From: a bacterium
GTDB lineage: Bacteria; JAGOBX01
Assembly (NCBI GenBank): GCA_036733285.1
Contig: DAINAU010000001.1
Coordinates: forward strand, 18,954 to 82,953
DNA: 64,000 nt
Direction: 5' to 3'
Shown piece by piece: positions 9,367-18,107 of this stretch. Position 1 is the first letter of the stretch, and each line of letters opens with the position of its first letter. Position numbers and translations under genes: made by a program. The notes under the pieces were generated by a model, which did no database searches, was not told the origin of the DNA, and saw nothing but the letters and a program-made list of their open reading frames with translations.

Positions 9367-10908
9367 TTATTCTTTTATTCTTTTTACCGATACCATTAAA
9401 ATATCGTCGGATTGTTCAAAATCATTCACAAACTCTTTAACGTTATTATTAATATTTTCTATCAATTCTTGAGCCGTTGTATTATCGCCCGCATTTCTTA
9501 TAACTCTATGCAATCTATCAAATTCAAACATTTCTTTTTTTGCGTTAAACGCTTCTGTTACTCCGTCCGTATATTGAATTAGAATATCTCCGGCATTCAA
9601 AAAAATTTCGTTTTCTATTAATTTTTTATTAAAAATATTTTCGTTTAATATTCCAAGCGGAGATCCTTTGGTTTCATATATATCAATGTCTTTCAAATTT
9701 TTTCTATAGACAATTAACGGATTATGTCCGGCGTTCGCGTATCTAATATTCCCGCTGCGAATATCGAGTATTCCATACCACAGTGTTACAAACATCCCTT
9801 TTTTCATATCTTTTTTAAGAAGAGAATTTACCTTCTTTAAAAGTTCAGCCGGAGAAAGAATATTTGCCGCATACGACCTTAACACGCTTCTTGTAATAGC
9901 CATAACAAAAGCGCCCGGCACTCCCTTGCCGGAAACGTCCGCGCATACTATTCCAATATGATTTTCATCTACCGTAATCCAATCAAAATAATCTCCGCCC
10001 ACTTCCTTTGCCGAATAATATATGCTTCCGAATTCAAACTTTTCCATTTTGGGAGTCGATTCCGGCAGCAATGTCTGCTGAATTTGTTCGGCTATTCTTA
10101 GTTCCTGTTCAAACCTCTCGTTTTCAAGTTTCATTGATTCCGCTTCTTTCAGACTCTCAGCCATTTTATTTATGTCTCCGGACAAATCCACAAGTTCGTC
10201 TCTCAACGTCGCCTTTATTTTAATTCTGTGTAGAAAATCTCCCGAACCTATTATCTGCGCCGCAGATTTTATTATTTCAATTTTTTTGCTTACCTTTTCG
10301 CTGAAAAGAAATCCGAATAATACGCTTAATACGCTTATTCCGCTTCCAATCAATAAAAACCTTTCTTTTAAATCCTGAATTACTTTGTTTACAAAATTTT
10401 TTGAAATGGTCATAAAAATTTTGCGTTTAAAAGTTTCCTGTTTATAAACAAAATTAAAAACATAATAAATTTCGATAGAATCGGCGCTATTTTTCAAGAA
10501 TAATCTGCCATATCCAGAATTTTCATCTTCGGCAAAATCAAGTTTATCCTGCTTGAACGAATGTAAAAAATACGAGTGCTTTTTATTAATCTCCTCCGAA
10601 AAATTGCTTACCAGTATTTTATCCTCTGCGTCAGTAATTCTGAACGAAGTTATATTATTATAATAATTTACCTTTCTTGCGCTGTTGGCTAAAATTATAT
10701 CGTCGTCGAGTTTGACCGATAATATTATCATATCCTTGAAATTTGGTATCACGTATTGTTTTATATCCGATATGACAAGATTTATCAATCTTAATTCGAC
10801 AACTCGCTGAAGAATAGTTTGCGATAAAAGGATAGTTCCTACTCCTAATATAAAAAAAACTATCATCATCTGGTATTTGAATCTGAAATTGATTTGAACC
10901 TTTTTCAT
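9367..10908 (-). CDS. Membrane-anchored HAMP-domain PP2C-family serine phosphatase (SpoIIE/RsbU-like).
   Basis: N-terminal TM segment, HAMP-like linker, then a PP2C/SpoIIE core (GGDYFDWI...GIVCADVSGKGVPGAFVM...YTDGVTEA). Confidence 0.8.
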   Translation of the reverse strand: MKKVQINFRFKYQMMIVFFILGVGTILLSQTILQRVVELRLINLVISDIKQYVIPNFKDMIILSVKLDDDIILANSARKVNYYNNITSFRITDAEDKILVSNFSEEINKKHSYFLHSFKQDKLDFAEDENSGYGRLFLKNSADSIEIYYVFNFVYKQETFKRKIFMTISKNFVNKVIQDLKERFLLIGSGISVLSVLFGFLFSEKVSKKIEIIKSAAQIIGSGDFLHRIKIKATLRDELVDLSGDINKMAESLKEAESMKLENERFEQELRIAEQIQQTLLPESTPKMEKFEFGSIYYSAKEVGGDYFDWITVDENHIGIVCADVSGKGVPGAFVMAITRSVLRSYAANILSPAELLKKVNSLLKKDMKKGMFVTLWYGILDIRSGNIRYANAGHNPLIVYRKNLKDIDIYETKGSPLGILNENIFNKKLIENEIFLNAGDILIQYTDGVTEAFNAKKEMFEFDRLHRVIRNAGDNTTAQELIENINNNVKEFVNDFEQSDDILMVSVKRIKE

Positions 10909-11225
10909 TTTTTTAAATCCGCTGATTTTTGAACAATCGAATAAAAATCATTTTTTGAAATGCCGGTTATTTTAACTATTTTTATAGGATTAGCCGCGCC
11001 GCTCATAATTTCAACCGAATTTTTTTTTAATCCGGTTTTCTCCGCTAAAAAATCTATCAGTTCCTTGTTCGCTTTATTGTCAACCGCCGGAGATTTAATC
11101 TTTATTTTTAAAATCTCAGAATCAATAAATCCTATTATCAGATTTTTGTTTGCGTTCGCCTGAACCTTGATTTTTACCGTCGTCTGATTCGATTTGTTTT
11201 CCGGAAAAATTTTATGCGGTTTCAT
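10905..11225 (-). CDS. YggU/DUF167-family small protein.
   Basis: The 106-aa product has a KANKELIDFLAEKTG motif typical of UPF0235. Its start and stop overlap the neighbouring genes by 4 bp. Confidence 0.5.
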   Translation of the reverse strand: MKPHKIFPENKSNQTTVKIKVQANANKNLIIGFIDSEILKIKIKSPAVDNKANKELIDFLAEKTGLKKNSVEIMSGAANPIKIVKITGISKNDFYSIVQKSADLKK

Positions 11226-11692
11226 AATGCGTTATTGTTGGATTCAGTTTTTTCAAAAGCCTGAATTACTCCGGTTTCTTCCTGCAGTAAAAACTTGATT
11301 TTAGCTATGATTTTTCCTTTTTCAAGAAGCAGGTCGTTATATTCTTTTTTTAATTCTCCGACTCTTTTTTCAGCCTCTTTTATCATAACGTTGCACTGAA
11401 GCTTGGTTTCCGTAAGGAATTGTTCGGCGTCTTTTTTTGCCGACTCCTGAACCGATTGTTTAAAATCCCTTATTATCATTAAAGTGTCCTGAAGTTTATT
11501 TTCCATATCCCTGTAATCCCGTTGAACCTTCTGCAATTCGGCGATTTTATCTTTAAACTGGGAATTTTCTTTTATTATTCCGGCAATATCCTGAGAAATT
11601 TCATTGAGAAATCCGCGAACCTGTTTTTTATCGTATCCGAACAAAGAATTTTTAAATTCAATTTTTTCAATTTCAATCGGCGTAATTTTCAT
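11222..11692 (-). CDS. DivIVA-domain cell-division protein.
   Basis: Sequence from the internal start MKITPIEIEKIEFKNSLFGYDKKQV (DivIVA N-terminal signature) followed by a coiled coil. The ATG at 11692 overlaps the thiE stop as ATGA. The longer ORF-track frame 11222..11779 overlaps thiE and I reject it. Confidence 0.7.
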   Translation of the reverse strand: MKITPIEIEKIEFKNSLFGYDKKQVRGFLNEISQDIAGIIKENSQFKDKIAELQKVQRDYRDMENKLQDTLMIIRDFKQSVQESAKKDAEQFLTETKLQCNVMIKEAEKRVGELKKEYNDLLLEKGKIIAKIKFLLQEETGVIQAFEKTESNNNAL

Positions 11693-12333
11693 TTGAAGTC
11701 TCCAATAATTTTTTTTAAGGTTTTCACAGAACAGGAAATATTCTCCGAACACACTATATCCGACACAACGGCGAAACAATCTACGTTTAATCCCGCAAAC
11801 AATCCTATGTTCTTTGAATTTATTCCTCCGATAGCCGCCGTGAATTTTTTTTTGAACTTGAGTATTTCCGGAATCTTTTCTATTGAAACGACCGGAGCCG
11901 GATTTTCTTTAGTGGACGTCGCGAACACCGGACCTATCGCCGTATAATCGGCGCATCCGTTCTGTCCTTCGATATACTGACTTTCATTATGCGTCGATAA
12001 TCCGATTATTTTATCCTCGCCAAGAAGTTCGCGGCAGAGTTTCGCGTCAAGATCGTCCTGTCCAATATGAACGCCGTCGGCTCCGGAAAATTTCGCTATC
12101 GCAGGGTCGTCGTTGACTATGAATAATTTTCCGTATTTCAAAGTCAATTTTTTTATTTCCAGCGCAAGCGAATATTTTTCTTTGTCGCTCATATTCTTTT
12201 CGCGAAGCTGTATAATGTCGATTCCCGCTTTCAATTGCATTTCCACCACATCGAGAATTTTCCTGTTTTTCAAATATTTATCCGGCGTGAATCCGTATAA
12301 TTTGCTCGTTAATAATTGTTGCCTTGCGTTCAT
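11689..12333 (-). CDS. thiE: Thiamine-phosphate synthase.
   Basis: The 214-aa product has GADGVHIGQDD, GLSTH and AIGGI motifs typical of ThiE. Confidence 0.85.
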   Translation of the reverse strand: MNARQQLLTSKLYGFTPDKYLKNRKILDVVEMQLKAGIDIIQLREKNMSDKEKYSLALEIKKLTLKYGKLFIVNDDPAIAKFSGADGVHIGQDDLDAKLCRELLGEDKIIGLSTHNESQYIEGQNGCADYTAIGPVFATSTKENPAPVVSIEKIPEILKFKKKFTAAIGGINSKNIGLFAGLNVDCFAVVSDIVCSENISCSVKTLKKIIGDFK

Positions 12334-12335
12334 AT

Positions 12336-14114
12336 TTAAATAAATTCAGAAATCCTGTTTCTTCCATTTTCTTTTGACTGATACAAAGCTACGTCCGCGT
12401 TTTTAATTAGTTGAACCTGCGTCAATCCTTGTTTATACTCGGCTAAACCAAGACTAACCGTTACTCGCAAGGGTTTATCTTGCCCCGGAAATTCGTATTC
12501 CTGAACGTTCGCTCTTATTCTCTCAGCCACGGCTTTGGCTCCTTTTATATCCGTAAGCGGAAGTATTACGGCAAATTCTTCGCCTCCGTATCTTGCGACT
12601 ATATCCGAACGCCTGTCGCTTAACCGAAAATCGATTATTCTCGTTGAATTATGAAGTATTTTAGCAAGATGCTGTAAAACAATATCTCCTTGTTGATGTC
12701 CGTATTGGTCGTTAAACGTTTTGAAATGATCAATATCCAGCATTATTAAACATAATTTGCCGTTATTATTTTTATGATACTCTATTTCTTCCGCGAGTTT
12801 TTGCTGAAAATATCTGTGTATATATATTTTCGTCAATCCGTCGGTTATCGCAAGTTCGTATAAATTTGAATTTTCAATGGCTATCGCTGCGGATGAAGCC
12901 AGCGTTTGATATAATATTATTTCCGAAGAAGAATATTTGGAATCTCCCTCTTTGCCGGCTAAACATATAACGCCGGTCAGCTTGTCTTTTACAACCAGCG
13001 GAAGCGCGAGCATCTGTTTGTTTTCAATCTGAGTCAGTTCGTTAGGTTTGTAAAAAAGCAGATACTCGGGATATTCAGTAATGTTTTCCACGATTTTATA
13101 ATTGCATGATACTGCCGCCGCTCCAGCCGCGCCTTCCCCGAATTTGATGTTATATTTGACTGTGTTCAAATTATATCCTGACGCTAATTCAAGCGAATGT
13201 TTATCGTCGCTTGCAAGCAATAAAGCGCATTTCCCGCATTTCGCGTTTGTCGTATAAATCTTTATTATGTTTTGCAGCAAATCTTTTTTATTTAATTCCG
13301 AACTTATTTCCATTCCAAGTATCTGAATTGTCTGTAAATCTTTTATTCGTTCCTGAAGATTTTGCGTCATCAAATTAAACGCGTCGACTAAAACTCCGAC
13401 CTCATTGTTCACCTTGATGCTTATTATCTCCGGAGTCGTTTCTCCTTTTGAAATTTTATCCGCGGCTCCTATTAGTTTCTGAATTGGATTGACCACGTAG
13501 TTCACAGCGTAAGAAATAGCGAACAAAGAAATTATTATCAAAATTACCGCGAGTAAAATTGTGAAAAATACGCTCGACAGAACAATCTTGTTGAAATATT
13601 TGTTTGAAAATCCCATCTGCATATAGCCCGACAAAACAGTTTTATCCGCAAGGCGGTGTTTTACGTTCACGGTTTTTATCGTAAGTCCTCTGTGTGTTAT
13701 TATTTTTCCGTAAACAGACATATTTCTTATAACGTCTGGCTTTAAAACCGGCGGTTTGATTTTTGAACCCGAAAAATTTGCGAACCTTAAAATTTCAGAC
13801 GTCGACGAATTATAAAAAATTATATGATGTATGTAGTTGTCGTTTTTAAACATATTTTTGATATTTTGTGATAATTCATTTATCAATTTGTCTTCAAGAA
13901 TTCCGGTTTGATAATAATTTTTAAAAAGCTCGGATGAATAATTGGTTATAATCGACAAATCTTTCGTTATCAGCATATTCTTATAATTTTCGGCGTTTTT
14001 ATGGATTTGAACTATAATATAGCCGGAAGTTATTATCAGCGATAATGTATATACAAATATAAACGAAAAATTTATTATGAATTTTATACTTTGATATTTC
14101 ACTTTTAGTTTCAT
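12336..14114 (-). CDS. Membrane sensor diguanylate cyclase (HAMP-GAF-GGDEF).
   Basis: N-terminal TM segment, periplasmic region, second TM segment, HAMP, GAF-like region, then a C-terminal GGDEF domain (RYGGEEFAVILP). Confidence 0.8.
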   Translation of the reverse strand: MKLKVKYQSIKFIINFSFIFVYTLSLIITSGYIIVQIHKNAENYKNMLITKDLSIITNYSSELFKNYYQTGILEDKLINELSQNIKNMFKNDNYIHHIIFYNSSTSEILRFANFSGSKIKPPVLKPDVIRNMSVYGKIITHRGLTIKTVNVKHRLADKTVLSGYMQMGFSNKYFNKIVLSSVFFTILLAVILIIISLFAISYAVNYVVNPIQKLIGAADKISKGETTPEIISIKVNNEVGVLVDAFNLMTQNLQERIKDLQTIQILGMEISSELNKKDLLQNIIKIYTTNAKCGKCALLLASDDKHSLELASGYNLNTVKYNIKFGEGAAGAAAVSCNYKIVENITEYPEYLLFYKPNELTQIENKQMLALPLVVKDKLTGVICLAGKEGDSKYSSSEIILYQTLASSAAIAIENSNLYELAITDGLTKIYIHRYFQQKLAEEIEYHKNNNGKLCLIMLDIDHFKTFNDQYGHQQGDIVLQHLAKILHNSTRIIDFRLSDRRSDIVARYGGEEFAVILPLTDIKGAKAVAERIRANVQEYEFPGQDKPLRVTVSLGLAEYKQGLTQVQLIKNADVALYQSKENGRNRISEFI

Positions 14115-16342
14115 TTGCTCGTAGCGCTTTCAATATATTTTTTCTGACTGAACTTATAATTGAATCCGTCTATTTCTGTAATAACTACTTTTATCAAATC
14201 TCCTATCTTTACTAATTCTTCGGGTTTGGTGCGGCATCCGTTTCCGAGTTCCGATAAATATACAGGACCTTTCGCGCCGAATTCCGATTCCACAAAAATT
14301 CCGAAAGGCACAAGTTTTACAACCGTCGCCTCTACAATATCCCCGATTTTATAATCGCTTTGTTCAGACGGTTGTTTTGAATCTTTTTTCAATCTCGAAA
14401 ACATACTTTTGATTTTCCCTTCGACTTTTTCCGTTTCGTATCTTTCCGCTTTGGTTGAAATCTCAAGTATTCTTGTTTTTGCGGATTCTATGTTGCTGAA
14501 TTTATTCTTTGAACTTATTACTATTACTCCATCGTCTTCAATTACTATATCGCATGATGTGTTTTTCTTGATTTCATTTATATTGACAAAATTTTTTCCG
14601 GCAATTAATCCTATTTTATTCGGATTAACCTGCAATATCCTTGTCTCCGGAATTTTGGGATTTAAATTCGGATTTGGTTCCGGAAAAAATTCTTTTATTT
14701 TATTTATAACAAATGAAAGCGACTCGGTTTGCCTGTCAAGAATAGTTTCAAGCTGATTTACGGTTAATCCCCTTTTCCTCGATTTAAAAAGAATTCCGAT
14801 TATCCCTTTTGCGCTCGCCGTAATATTTATCTCCGCGTCGGCGCATACTCTCTCAAGCATTAAAGAATCGGTTAAAGAAAAAAAATCGTTTGATTTTCGA
14901 GAATAATATAACGCGCTGTCAACGCTTGCAAATTCTGATTTCGCCTTTATCCCCGCGTCTTTTAAAGCGAGATTGGCGCTGTTGACCGCCGCGGAAATCG
15001 TCCCTCCGTCAGTTGATATGATTTCATAGATTATTCTCTTTAAATATGGAAGTTCAGATAATCCGGGAATGATGTTTTTTAAAACGTTGTCGAGATAAAT
15101 ATTTATCGCGTCTTCAAATCTGTTGAATTTTATGGAGGAATCTATTTTTCCAACGCTGAACGGATATACGTAGACATTGTTTAAAAAAGTTTGACGCTTA
15201 TATCCGTCTATTCCAAACAACCATCTTGATTTATTGACGGTTCCAAGCGTAACTACTCCCATTACCTTTGTTTTGCCGAACCTGAAAATTCCGGAGCCAT
15301 GAGCCGACGGCAGCATTCCAGCCGAGCATTCTATTTCTCTGAATTCGTTAAATTGCCGCTTGTCAAGTCTTATGTGTTTCTCAATCAGATTTTCTTTTAT
15401 ATATTCGCCTATCGCCTCATAAAAATACTTTTTTAATATATAAGGCGATACCGTTCCTATCGCGTTTTTTACAGAAATAGTTTTATACAAATCGTCTTTT
15501 AATTCATTAATTTTTAATTCGGATTTTCCATCTGAATTCAATAAATTCTCGATTTCATTCTTGTTGTTTTCGTTAAACGCCGCTATTATCTCCGAATTAA
15601 AATCAGAGTATTCGATTTTTTGCTGCGGTTTTGTTATATCTTCAAGATTTTTCCAGAGTTCTATTGCTTTCTTCTGGAAATCTATTAATGGCTCAATCGT
15701 TGATTTTAAATAACCTACGGCTCCAATTATATAAGTCGGCGAAGCGTCTTTTACAGAACAAAACATATTTATTATCAATTCTTTTGATGACGCTATCAGC
15801 AAATCGAGATTGCTGAACTGTATAATGTCCATATCCGGATTTTTAATATATCTTCCCTCGACTTCTCCAAGTCTTAATGCCGCAAAGCTATCCGAATTGA
15901 AACAGGATAAAAATGAAATCAATAAAGACAATCCTATCGATGCGGGAAGTTCCGGCGAGCATCCTTCTTCGTAAGACGTCAGAAGAATGGAAATAATTAT
16001 TTCGTTGTCTATCGCCTTATTCAAAGATGTTATTGCGCACTCGGTAAAAAAATCCGTAAGTTGAATTTCGCGAGGCGTTCTCGATTCTTCTCTTTTATGA
16101 AAATTTGACGGAATCTCTCCAAAAGAATAAAAACGCTCGGAATAAAAAAGTTTTATCGGCGAATTTATGTATTCCCCGGCGTCTAATAATCTGCGCCCTA
16201 TTATCAGATTGCAATTAACAAGGGTTTTTCCATACGATGCCTCTATGATGTAATCTGACGTTCCATTATAATCGACTAATCTTGCTTTCAACGGCTTTCC
16301 GTCGTATATTGTTTCGAATATTCTATCGTTTTTACTTTTCAT
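14111..16342 (-). CDS. pnp: Polyribonucleotide nucleotidyltransferase (PNPase), highly divergent.
   Basis: The first PH domain has FYSFGEIPSNFHKREESRTPREI (compare ...AAGRIPGSFFRREGRPSE). The second PH domain has RLDKRQFNEFREIECSAGMLPSAHGSGIFRFGKTKVMGVVTLG. KH and S1 domains follow (GDIVEATVVKLVPFGIFVE). Confidence 0.75.
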   Translation of the reverse strand: MKSKNDRIFETIYDGKPLKARLVDYNGTSDYIIEASYGKTLVNCNLIIGRRLLDAGEYINSPIKLFYSERFYSFGEIPSNFHKREESRTPREIQLTDFFTECAITSLNKAIDNEIIISILLTSYEEGCSPELPASIGLSLLISFLSCFNSDSFAALRLGEVEGRYIKNPDMDIIQFSNLDLLIASSKELIINMFCSVKDASPTYIIGAVGYLKSTIEPLIDFQKKAIELWKNLEDITKPQQKIEYSDFNSEIIAAFNENNKNEIENLLNSDGKSELKINELKDDLYKTISVKNAIGTVSPYILKKYFYEAIGEYIKENLIEKHIRLDKRQFNEFREIECSAGMLPSAHGSGIFRFGKTKVMGVVTLGTVNKSRWLFGIDGYKRQTFLNNVYVYPFSVGKIDSSIKFNRFEDAINIYLDNVLKNIIPGLSELPYLKRIIYEIISTDGGTISAAVNSANLALKDAGIKAKSEFASVDSALYYSRKSNDFFSLTDSLMLERVCADAEINITASAKGIIGILFKSRKRGLTVNQLETILDRQTESLSFVINKIKEFFPEPNPNLNPKIPETRILQVNPNKIGLIAGKNFVNINEIKKNTSCDIVIEDDGVIVISSKNKFSNIESAKTRILEISTKAERYETEKVEGKIKSMFSRLKKDSKQPSEQSDYKIGDIVEATVVKLVPFGIFVESEFGAKGPVYLSELGNGCRTKPEELVKIGDLIKVVITEIDGFNYKFSQKKYIESATSK

Positions 16343-16346
16343 AATT

Positions 16347-18107
16347 TTAAAACCTGACGCTGAAGTTTAAATTATTTCTATTCTTGTTAACGCCGGATAT
16401 TAATGTCCTTAAAAAATTTTTTAAAATGGTTTTGCATTCTTTTATTGCTTTAATTAATTTGCCTGTTTCTACGCCCTGACAGTTTGATATGATATTCAGA
16501 TATTTTATATTGCGTTCGTCTCCGATTATGCATATCCGCAAATCCGCCGCCGCTTCTTCTATGAACACGGGCTCCAATATTAAATAATTCTGTTCTATCA
16601 AATATGCGAATTCAAGACATCCGGCATCCTCGTAAAACACGTTGTTAAAAGTCTCTTCAGGATGAAAATATTTCAAAATATTTATCGCGTTGATCGGAAC
16701 GCTTATTTCCGAACCGTCGCTCGATATGTATTCGGTTACCATTCTATGCGCGCTGTTTTGTTCCAATAATTTATTAAAATTTATTATCTTGTTCAACGCG
16801 GTTTCAATCTGACCTGACCTTAACGGCTTGTATTCGTCGGATAAAATTCTGTCTCCAAGAAGAACATTAATGTTGTTTCCAAAAAAATTCGATATATTGT
16901 AAAATTTAGATTCGCTTCTGAAATCAACGTCGTCATTAATCTTTACAAATTTTTCTATCTTATTTTTTGTTCTTTTTACCTGTTGTCCTTCTTCCGAATT
17001 TTCTTCTTTTTGTCGTAATGATGTTACTGAAACAATTGCGTCCGTAACTTTCCTGTTAATTCTGCAAACCGACGTATTCTTGTTTTTCGTTATTTCAATC
17101 TCAATATCTGTTATTTTATTGGCGTAATCGTCGTATAACCGCTTTTTCTGATTAAGATTTTCTTTCACAATATTTAATAAAATCCGGTAAAAACTATAAA
17201 AATAATAGTTCTTAAATTCATCGAAGTTTTTAATATTAATGTCGGTTGACAATTCGGCATTTTTTAACAGTATCGAAGAAAGCTTGGTTAATTCTTCGAT
17301 TCTTGTTTTATAAGAATCGTAAACATATATCCCTTCAATTAACTCTTTGTTTGCAAGAATTATATTTTCGATTGAACGCTTAATATCAAAATCCGCGTCT
17401 TCCGATAAAACGCCGTTCAATTTCAAATCTATTCCGGATTCATTTTTCAAATCTTTTAAAAATTCGAAATATCCGGATTGCCCAGTTTCTATTATTCGTT
17501 TGATATTTTCAATTTGATATTCGCTGAATTCTCTTCCGGACGCTTCCAGAAAAATTAATTTCTCTGAAGTCCAGCTTATTAAAACGGAAAATTTGGATCT
17601 GTTTATTTCTTTAAATCCCGGTTCTATCTGAATTCCGGATTGACCGGAGCAAAATCTCCCCGTATAATATGGAAAATCAATTATTCCCGAAATATAACTT
17701 AGTATCATTGCGCAGTTCATAGCGAGCGAGTCGGAAGGATAACCGGAATTGCCGGATTCCAGAAGCAGATTTAATTCTATGTCCATATTGAATTTGTTCA
17801 GTTTTAACAGCGGTGAAATCTGACGCGTTATTTTTTTTTCTATTATTGAATTCTTTTGCGAATGAACGTTTTCTTCAAGATTTGACGACCCCGGCAATTG
17901 ACCGGCCGCCGAATGCCGTTCAATATACTTTATTATTATTTTGGAATCCCTTAAATTTTTTATTTTGCCGGCGTTCAAAAAACCGAATATCACCGCGTTA
18001 TTTGATTTTAATTTTATTCCAAATAGCGAGGTAATATTATCTAAAATTTCTATTTCCAATCCGTCTTTAAATAATATTGCGTCTGTAAATTTTTTTTTTA
18101 TTTTCAT
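16347..18107 (-). CDS. PNPase-like paralogue with two degenerate RNase PH-like domains and no KH or S1 domains.
   Basis: The 586-aa product has IKYIERHSAAGQLPGSSNLEEN, which aligns to the PNPase motif YAAGRIPGGFFRREG. DSLAMNCAMILSYISGI and SKFSVLISWTSEKLIFLEASGREFSE align to the PNPase first PH domain. The C-terminus lacks an S1 domain. Confidence 0.5.
   Translation of the reverse strand: MKIKKKFTDAILFKDGLEIEILDNITSLFGIKLKSNNAVIFGFLNAGKIKNLRDSKIIIKYIERHSAAGQLPGSSNLEENVHSQKNSIIEKKITRQISPLLKLNKFNMDIELNLLLESGNSGYPSDSLAMNCAMILSYISGIIDFPYYTGRFCSGQSGIQIEPGFKEINRSKFSVLISWTSEKLIFLEASGREFSEYQIENIKRIIETGQSGYFEFLKDLKNESGIDLKLNGVLSEDADFDIKRSIENIILANKELIEGIYVYDSYKTRIEELTKLSSILLKNAELSTDINIKNFDEFKNYYFYSFYRILLNIVKENLNQKKRLYDDYANKITDIEIEITKNKNTSVCRINRKVTDAIVSVTSLRQKEENSEEGQQVKRTKNKIEKFVKINDDVDFRSESKFYNISNFFGNNINVLLGDRILSDEYKPLRSGQIETALNKIINFNKLLEQNSAHRMVTEYISSDGSEISVPINAINILKYFHPEETFNNVFYEDAGCLEFAYLIEQNYLILEPVFIEEAAADLRICIIGDERNIKYLNIISNCQGVETGKLIKAIKECKTILKNFLRTLISGVNKNRNNLNFSVRF

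Noticed and set aside
11692-11779. The ORF-track 5' extension of the DivIVA gene (MFRRCVGYSV...).
   Set aside because: It overlaps the 3' end of thiE in another frame. The conserved DivIVA N-terminus starts at the internal Met, with an ATGA overlap.
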